Shown: piece by piece, positions 58,168 through 64,000 of the stretch
How positions within the stretch are numbered: the first letter of the stretch is position 1
Layout: every line of letters begins with the position of its first letter
Assembly: GCA_964464175.1 (NCBI GenBank)
Contig: CAYXFD010000015.1
Location: 1,498 to 65,497 of the forward strand
Length of the DNA: 64,000 nucleotides
Origin: an uncultured Candidatus Cloacimonadota bacterium
GTDB taxonomy: Bacteria > Cloacimonadota > Cloacimonadia > Cloacimonadales > JAJBBL01
Reading direction: 5' to 3'
Position numbers and translations under genes: made by a program
The notes under the pieces: model-generated
What the model was told of the DNA's origin: nothing
The model's input: only the letters and a program-made list of their open reading frames with translations
The model's database searches: none

Positions 58168-58883
58168 TGAAGAACAAAACAGCTATACTCATCGCCCATG
58201 AATTAAAAAACTATTTTCATTCCGCAACAGCCTACGTCGTTCTGGTTGTTTTTCTCTTAATAACCGGATGGTTTTTTGCCAGCCCCTTGTTTCTCGTCGG
58301 ACAAGCTGAATTAAGATCTCTCTTCAGCACCATACCCTGGATATTCCTGCTCTTTATCCCGGCAATAACAATGGGCAGCATAACAAAAGAGAAAACCTCC
58401 GGAACCCTGGAAACTCTGGCAACTCTCCCTTTGAAGGAGAGCCAGATCGTAATGGGTAAATACTGGGCAGCAGTTCTGCTGACCTTAACCGGAATTATTT
58501 TTACCCTCGTTCATCTGGTAACGATCGTTCTTTTGGGTTCCAATATAGATTACGGAGCCATTTTTTGCGGTTATCTCGGTCTGGTTATGATCGGAGCAGT
58601 TTACTCGGCAATAGGGATTTTTACTTCATCACTGACCAGTAATCAGATCGTAGCCTTCATCGTCAGTTTCCTGTTCATCTTTTTCTTTGTCATAGCCGAA
58701 TTTATTCTCATTTTCCTCCCTGGTCCGCTCGTTGAAGTTTTTCAATATCTCAGCATTGGCTATCATTTCTCGAATATCTCCCGCGGGGTCATTGATACCA
58801 GAAACGTCATCTATTTTCTGAGTTTGATAATCCTCTTCCTGCGGCTGGCGGTGGTAACCCTGGAATCGAGAAAGTGGAAATAG
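58167..58883 (+). CDS. ABC-2 permease (GldF-like)
   Basis: 6 TM; 'FIPAITM...EK.SGTLETL.TLP', 'GKY', 'SNQIVA', 'RGVID'. Confidence 0.9.
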   Translation: MKNKTAILIAHELKNYFHSATAYVVLVVFLLITGWFFASPLFLVGQAELRSLFSTIPWIFLLFIPAITMGSITKEKTSGTLETLATLPLKESQIVMGKYWAAVLLTLTGIIFTLVHLVTIVLLGSNIDYGAIFCGYLGLVMIGAVYSAIGIFTSSLTSNQIVAFIVSFLFIFFFVIAEFILIFLPGPLVEVFQYLSIGYHFSNISRGVIDTRNVIYFLSLIILFLRLAVVTLESRKWK

Positions 58884-58893
58884 GGGGCAAGTC

Positions 58894-60561
58894 ATGAAGA
58901 AAAATCAAACCTCAACCAATGGAAATGATCTCAGGAAAAACAAGAACAGAAGGATTCATCACAAGGGAGTAATCTTTAACATTGCCGTCATTCTCGGTAT
59001 TCTGATTGTCGTTAATCTGATCTCGATCAATGTCTTTGCCCGTCTTGACCTTTCCCGCGGCAAGATCTACTCTCTTTCCCGCTCCAGCAAAGAGACCGTC
59101 AGAGAATTACCGGACAGACTATTGATCAAAGCTTTCTTCACCCAAAACCTTCCTGCTCAGCTGGCTGATGCTCACCGCTATACCAGAGACATGCTCGCCG
59201 AATATCAAGCCTATTCCAGAGGAAGGATCCGTTTCGAGTTTGTCGATCCGAGTGACGAAGAACAACTCCGCCAGGAAGCCCAGAAAAATCAGATCATGCC
59301 GGTTTCCATGAGAGTAGTGGAAGATGACAAGCTCGAGATCAGAGAAATATACATGGGGCTGGTATTCTTCTACCGGGGAGAGACAGAATCTATCCCCTTC
59401 ATTCAGGATACAAGAGGACTGGAATATGATATTACCAGCACAATTAAGAAGATAACGGACATCGGGAGAAAGAGTGTCGGCTTCTTCAAGTCAGAGGAGG
59501 AAATGCCTCCGGTAATGCCGGGCAGGCAGCAGCCTCAGACAAGATACGAAAGATTTACGCAGATGATCTCCGATCACTATGACCTTGAGACCATAGATCT
59601 GATGTCTCCCGTTGAACCTCATATTAAGACAGTAGTACTGGGAGGAGTCACTGACTCTCTGCATATAGAACAGCTATACAATCTCGATCAGTTCATCATC
59701 AGAGGAGGCAAAGCCCTGATCTTTCAGCAAAGGGTAAAGGCAGACCTGCAAAACATCTCTGCCGCTCCGATCAAATCTAATCTCTTTCCTCTTCTGGAAC
59801 ATTACGGGATAAGGATGAGAGAAAATCTGGTAACCGATGCCAATGCCGGTCAGATCCAGGTGCAAAGACAGCAGGGGATCTTCAGTTTCGCTACCCCCGT
59901 CAACTACCCCCCCTTCCCGGTAATCAATAATGTCAATAAGGATAATCTCATCACCAAAAATCTCGAGAATATCCAGCTTGTCTTCGTCTCGGAACTTGCC
60001 ATCCCGGAAGAGCAAGATAACCCGGCAGTTACCCCTCTCTTGAGAACTTCCGATTTTTCAGGAGAGATTTCAGCTCCCTCGTTTGATATCTCATTCGAAA
60101 AATACATGCAGCAGCGGGATTTGCGCCGTATCTTAACTGCACCGGCAAAAACTGTCGGAGCCCTCTATGAGGGAGTCTTTGAAAGCTTTTATCTCGATAT
60201 GTTCCCTGAGGAGACCGATCCTCTGTCCGAAGATTTCCATTACCGGACAACTGATGCCGGAATCATTCTGGTCGCTGATTCCGATTTCATCAAAGACGGT
60301 GCCGGTGCCGGCGCTAATGCCAATATGGACTTCGTTCTCAACTCCATCGACTATCTGATGGGAGACACCGCTCTGATCGAGATCAGAGCGAGAGAGACTG
60401 TTTTCAGACCCTTAAGAGAACTGAGCAGTACTCACCGCAAATTTGTCCGCTGGACAAATATCCTGCTCCCCTCCTTTCTGCTGCTGGTATTCGGATTGGT
60501 CTATTACCGCAAACAGATCCGGAAAAGAAAACTGATCAGAAAGATCTATGAGCAGGAATGA
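58894..60561 (+). CDS. GldG family protein (DUF7088 + ABC-type uncharacterised transport auxiliary domain)
   Basis: 'RLDLSRGKIYSLS.SSKE', 'EFVDP', 'LEYDITSTI', 'ADSDF', 'N.DFVLNSIDYL', C-terminal TM. Confidence 0.9.
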   Translation: MKKNQTSTNGNDLRKNKNRRIHHKGVIFNIAVILGILIVVNLISINVFARLDLSRGKIYSLSRSSKETVRELPDRLLIKAFFTQNLPAQLADAHRYTRDMLAEYQAYSRGRIRFEFVDPSDEEQLRQEAQKNQIMPVSMRVVEDDKLEIREIYMGLVFFYRGETESIPFIQDTRGLEYDITSTIKKITDIGRKSVGFFKSEEEMPPVMPGRQQPQTRYERFTQMISDHYDLETIDLMSPVEPHIKTVVLGGVTDSLHIEQLYNLDQFIIRGGKALIFQQRVKADLQNISAAPIKSNLFPLLEHYGIRMRENLVTDANAGQIQVQRQQGIFSFATPVNYPPFPVINNVNKDNLITKNLENIQLVFVSELAIPEEQDNPAVTPLLRTSDFSGEISAPSFDISFEKYMQQRDLRRILTAPAKTVGALYEGVFESFYLDMFPEETDPLSEDFHYRTTDAGIILVADSDFIKDGAGAGANANMDFVLNSIDYLMGDTALIEIRARETVFRPLRELSSTHRKFVRWTNILLPSFLLLVFGLVYYRKQIRKRKLIRKIYEQE

Positions 60562-60632
60562 TGAAAGCGAATCATCAAGTAAGAAATTAAGAATAACGAA
60601 GAGAGAAACTGAATTGAAGGAGTATAGAAATC

Positions 60633-61550
60633 ATGAGTAAGAATAATAGAATCCTTATCCTGCTGCTGGCAGTTCTCACAGCCCTGTTTTTTATTGTCAG
60701 GCATTCAACGGATCACACAGAGAAACGGGCCCGGCTGTTTGATTTCAACCATAATGATTTAACTGCCGTCGAGATGATAACGGCAAGAGATACTCTCAGG
60801 ATCTCCCGTCAGGATTTTACCTGGGTCATTGAATATCCTTTCTATTTCGATGTTAACCAGTCACGCCTGGATAGTTTCTTCGACCAGGTTCTGCCGGTAG
60901 AAAAATCCAGTATTCCGGTGGCTTTTTCCGAGGACTCTTTCCCGAAATATCAGGTAACCGAAGAGAATGGAACTGTTCTAAACCTCTACGATACCAATGA
61001 CCGGCTTATTGACTCTGTTATTATCGGGAGGAGCGGTCGCTTTGCCTATGCCCGCCGCCCTGAGATTAATGAGGTCTATCAACTGACTGAAAACATCTCT
61101 TTCACGGTCAATCCCGGGTTAAATCAGTGGCGCTCTAATATCATCGTCTCAATTCCCCGAAGTCAGATAAAAAGCTTAGAAGTAAAATATGAACTAAATA
61201 ATTACACCCTGACTGCCACCGACACCCTCTGGCTTTTTACCGACAACGAAAACAGCTTCTCAGTCGCAGAGAATACTAATGCCATGAGCAGATTATTGTC
61301 AAAGATCGAAAGAATGAACTCTTTCGCCTTCAAGGATTTTGCCTCCGAAGAATACGAGAATCTGCTGCAAGATCCTCAGCTTATTCTTAATATAAGGACA
61401 TTTGACGACTCTGTTCTCTCCCTGGCTTTCGCCTATCTCGAGGATGAGGAAAACTTCATCGTCCGGAGAGATGAGATGATCGACCATCTCTTTGTCATTG
61501 ATCCCGAAACAGTTGACCTCTTTACCAAAGACCCGCAGCATTTCCGGTGA
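60633..61550 (+). CDS. DUF4340 domain protein
   Basis: N-terminal TM anchor; 'W.IEYP', 'IIGR...YARR...VYQL', 'WR'; usual position after GldG-type genes. Confidence 0.8.
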   Translation: MSKNNRILILLLAVLTALFFIVRHSTDHTEKRARLFDFNHNDLTAVEMITARDTLRISRQDFTWVIEYPFYFDVNQSRLDSFFDQVLPVEKSSIPVAFSEDSFPKYQVTEENGTVLNLYDTNDRLIDSVIIGRSGRFAYARRPEINEVYQLTENISFTVNPGLNQWRSNIIVSIPRSQIKSLEVKYELNNYTLTATDTLWLFTDNENSFSVAENTNAMSRLLSKIERMNSFAFKDFASEEYENLLQDPQLILNIRTFDDSVLSLAFAYLEDEENFIVRRDEMIDHLFVIDPETVDLFTKDPQHFR

Positions 61551-61688
61551 GCTATTATAAGATCGTGACCCAGGAGACTGTTCTTTTGGCTGGCAGGCGG
61601 ATTTAGAAAAACAGTCTCTAACCCGGTTACCTGCTGTTTGATTATTGATTTCTTGACAAAATGAAGAGAGGGAGTTGTTTATCAGTTT

Positions 61689-62372
61689 ATGAAATTACTT
61701 GAACTTTTACGAAAAAAAACAGTGTTCTTGCTTGCTTTGACCGGCATGGTTTTCTTCCTAAGCAGAGCCTTTTCTCTGGTTGACTCACCCCAGCTTGCCA
61801 GACTCCATTATGACGGTGGAGGAGACTGGTATAACGACCCCGACGCTCTCCCCAATCTGGTCAGCTTTGTAAATGCAGAACTTAAAACAAACTTCTCTCC
61901 GGTCCAGGCAGTAGTCAGACTCTCGGAAGCGAGTCTTTTCGATTTCCCCTTCCTCTACCTGACCGGTCACGGCAATATAAGTTTCTCCGAACGGGACATC
62001 CGCAATCTGAGAGACTATCTGCTGAAGGGGGGATTCCTCTATGCTGATGATGATTACGGGATGGATGAAGCTTTCCGGCGGGAAATCAGAAAGGTCTTTC
62101 CCGACAGGGAAATGACTGAGTTGCCGGCAGATCATCCGCTCTTTCATTGCTATTTCCCCTTTCCCCGGGGCATTCCCAAGATACACGAACACGACGGAAA
62201 GAGACCTCAGGCTTTCGGGATTTTCGATGATACAGGGAGATTGCTGGTCTTATATACCTATGAAACCAATGTCAGCGACGGCTGGTCCGATGCCCATGAC
62301 AACCCTCCGGATGTAGCCGAAGAAGCCTTCCGGATGGGAACGAACTTGCTTTACTTCCTTTTTACTCACTGA
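61689..62372 (+). CDS. DUF4159 domain protein
   Basis: 'ARLHYDGGGDWY.DP', 'PFLYLTGHG', 'GGFLYADD', 'P.IHEHDG', 'D.SDGW'. Confidence 0.9.
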   Translation: MKLLELLRKKTVFLLALTGMVFFLSRAFSLVDSPQLARLHYDGGGDWYNDPDALPNLVSFVNAELKTNFSPVQAVVRLSEASLFDFPFLYLTGHGNISFSERDIRNLRDYLLKGGFLYADDDYGMDEAFRREIRKVFPDREMTELPADHPLFHCYFPFPRGIPKIHEHDGKRPQAFGIFDDTGRLLVLYTYETNVSDGWSDAHDNPPDVAEEAFRMGTNLLYFLFTH

Positions 62373-62386
62373 GCCGGGAGTAAATC

Positions 62387-63121
62387 TTGCGAGTCTATAT
62401 AGTCTCTGACTTTCATCTCTCTTTTTCAGCGAAAAATCCTGCCGAAGAAAAGAGGAACAGCGATGTCACCGCCTTTCTCGGAACTCTTGCCGGAAAAGCC
62501 GATATCCTGATCTTAGCCGGAGATATCTTCGACCTCTGGTACGACTGGCAGAACACCATTATCAAAGGCTACTTTCCGGTTCTGAAAAAACTTGCCGATC
62601 TCTCTGAAAGCGGTTGCCGTTTGATCTTCATTGCCGGTAATCACGATTTCTGGTTCGGTAATTTCCTCACCTCATATCTGAACTGTGAGATTTATCCCGA
62701 ACACTTTTCCGAAGTGATCGACAACAAGCGGGTCTTTATCGCCCACGGAGATGAACATACAGCCAACGATATCCGCTATCATATCTTCCGCTCAGTACTC
62801 CGGCACCCCATTGTCCGCTTCCTCTTTGCCTCTCTCCACCCTGAAATTGCTCTCCGCCTGGGAAGACTGATCTCCCGGACAAGCAGGAAAACGAGCCCGG
62901 AGCAGAAAAGAAAGAACCCTTCTAACCGCTCTTCCGGTCTTGACCGGGCTGCCCGAGAACTTGCCGGCTCTCACGACCTGATTGTTTTCGGACATTCCCA
63001 TAAACCGGTCAAGATGCCGTTCGGCAATGCACTCTATGTCAACACCGGAGACTGGTTAACTCACAGATCTTACCTGCTGATGAATGATGGAGAGGTTGAA
63101 CTCCTTTATTATCAGGACTGA
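62387..63121 (+). CDS. lpxH: UDP-2,3-diacylglucosamine diphosphatase
   Basis: 'SDFH', 'GDIFDLW', 'GNHDF', 'AHGD', 'FGHSH', 'NTGDW'. Confidence 0.85.
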   Translation: MRVYIVSDFHLSFSAKNPAEEKRNSDVTAFLGTLAGKADILILAGDIFDLWYDWQNTIIKGYFPVLKKLADLSESGCRLIFIAGNHDFWFGNFLTSYLNCEIYPEHFSEVIDNKRVFIAHGDEHTANDIRYHIFRSVLRHPIVRFLFASLHPEIALRLGRLISRTSRKTSPEQKRKNPSNRSSGLDRAARELAGSHDLIVFGHSHKPVKMPFGNALYVNTGDWLTHRSYLLMNDGEVELLYYQD

Positions 63122-63295
63122 TAAGTAATTCCGTTTTCCGGTCGGATAAAACTAACATCTTGGCTTGACTAATTCCTTATCCTGAAATATTTTGCCTCTG
63201 AGAGTCAAGAAACTTTACCTGACAATTTTTACCTGATCATTCATGATAGTGATCATGAAAAAAATACTGACAAAGAAATAAATCTTGGAGGAAAA

Positions 63296-63574
63296 ATGAC
63301 AAAAGCCGATATCGTTAAAATCATATCACAAAAAACAGGATCTTTGCGCGAAGAGACCGCAGATATAGTCGATGCCTTTCTCGAAACGGTCAAAGAGAGC
63401 ATCATAGATGGACATCACATAGAGATCAGAGGCTTCGGTACAATGAAGACGAAAGAGAGAAAAGAAACCGTCGCCAGAAACCCCAGAACGGGAGAAAAGG
63501 TCAAGATCCCGGCCAGAAAAGTTCCGACCTTCAAATTCTCTCAGGATTTCAAGGAAGCAGTAAACAAAAAATAG
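63296..63574 (+). CDS. HU/IHF family DNA-binding protein
   Basis: 'MTKADIV', 'IEIRGFG', 'ARNPRTGE', 'VPTFK'. Confidence 0.96.
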   Translation: MTKADIVKIISQKTGSLREETADIVDAFLETVKESIIDGHHIEIRGFGTMKTKERKETVARNPRTGEKVKIPARKVPTFKFSQDFKEAVNKK

Positions 63575-63669
63575 TTAGTATTCGCCTCTACCCCGGTTTA
63601 GAAATTAATTCTGAGAGCAAAACCCTGTCTCAGATACGCTGACTAAGCAATTAAACCCAAGGAGGTCTG

Positions 63670-64000
63670 ATGAAACCGTTGCTTTCTAAAAAAACAGGCA
63701 GCTTTCCGGCAGTAAATAGCATTCTTTTCCTCCTCTTTTGCCTGCCGGCTGCTCTCTTCTGCCTGAGCGATGAGGAGCGTAATATACCGGGAATCTCTCC
63801 CGCCATTACCATAAAACTACCCGCCCCTGCTCTGGATAGTGATTTCTCAGTCGAAAAAGCTCTGGAAAGCAGACGCTCGGTCAGAAGATTCAAAGACGAG
63901 TCTGTCACTATTCAGGATGTCGGTCAGATTCTCTGGTCAGCTCAGGGCATTACTCATCAAGAGCGGGGATACCGTACTTCTCCCTCTGCCGGAGCCACTT
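63670..64000 (+). CDS. SagB/ThcOx family dehydrogenase (nitroreductase fold), truncated by the window end
   Basis: Not in the ORF track. ATG 63670 after GGAGG gives signal-like MKPLLSKKTG...LFLLFCLPAALFC, then 'KLPAP...SVEKALESRRSVRRF...LWSAQGIT...RTSPSAGA'. Confidence 0.85.
   Translation, partial: MKPLLSKKTGSFPAVNSILFLLFCLPAALFCLSDEERNIPGISPAITIKLPAPALDSDFSVEKALESRRSVRRFKDESVTIQDVGQILWSAQGITHQERGYRTSPSAGAT

Noticed and set aside
57190-60561. GldA/F/G as proof of Bacteroidota-type gliding
   Set aside because: These ABC families are widespread, and no gldJ/K/L/M/N or sprA/B is in the window. Kept only as a co-location note.
16027-61620. Intergenic hairpins as CRISPR repeats, integron attC sites or a REP family
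   Set aside because: They share no sequence with each other, are not regularly spaced, lack RYYYAAC/GTTRRRY ends, and no integrase or cas gene is present.
1209-62192. Numerous 60-212 aa ORFs overlapping the long genes (e.g. 4253-4891, 3353-3853, 31552-32025, 2225-2659)
   Set aside because: Antisense or alternate-frame shadows of well-supported conserved genes, with no family motifs.
6830-63121. Selenocysteine or other readthrough at TGA-ending genes (nitroreductase, suhB, VOC, DUF4340, DUF4159, lpxH)
   Set aside because: The proteins end at family-typical lengths, and I saw no conserved coding continuation after these stops.
63651-63908. 85-aa minus-strand ORF
   Set aside because: Shadow of the + strand SagB/nitroreductase gene that starts at 63670 and runs off the window.

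Overview
A 64-kb chromosomal backbone segment from a diderm, LPS-producing bacterium of the FCB group, most likely Cloacimonadota. That assignment is inferred from the FlgD-Ig/Por-type C-terminal sorting domain protein, the long insertion-bearing SecA, the LPS genes and ackA. About 50 CDS and three tRNAs (Lys-UUU, Glu-UUC, Glu-CUC) are supported. I saw no CRISPR array, integrase, transposase or rRNA. Housekeeping genes include topA, secA, cls, nfo, suhB, priA, murI, LPS glycosyltransferases, ndk, ackA, trmFO, queC, rqcH, argF, lpxH and HU/IHF. The main highlight is an 8-gene minus-strand operon (43.5-54.1 kb) with the composition of the Myxococcus Agl-Glt core: two large TPR proteins, a GltF/CglF-like 89-aa protein, one TolQ/ExbB, two TolR/ExbD and a GltG/AgmX-PglI-type TonB-like protein. 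It has extra features: a YjbH-like beta-barrel gene at its head, a sugar-binding-like jelly-roll on the larger TPR protein, and one ExbD with Asn at the channel Asp position. An HD-GYP phosphodiesterase is divergent from it and a GldA/F/G-type ABC module lies about 3 kb further on. Other points of interest are tandem ComEC-type metallo-beta-lactamase lipoproteins (one with a possible A7 slip at its start), a VOC gene apparently starting at ATT/ATA, a tRNA-Lys with A53-U61 and A10-U25 pairs, and several long intergenic hairpins. All family calls come from motif recognition by eye, not from database searches.
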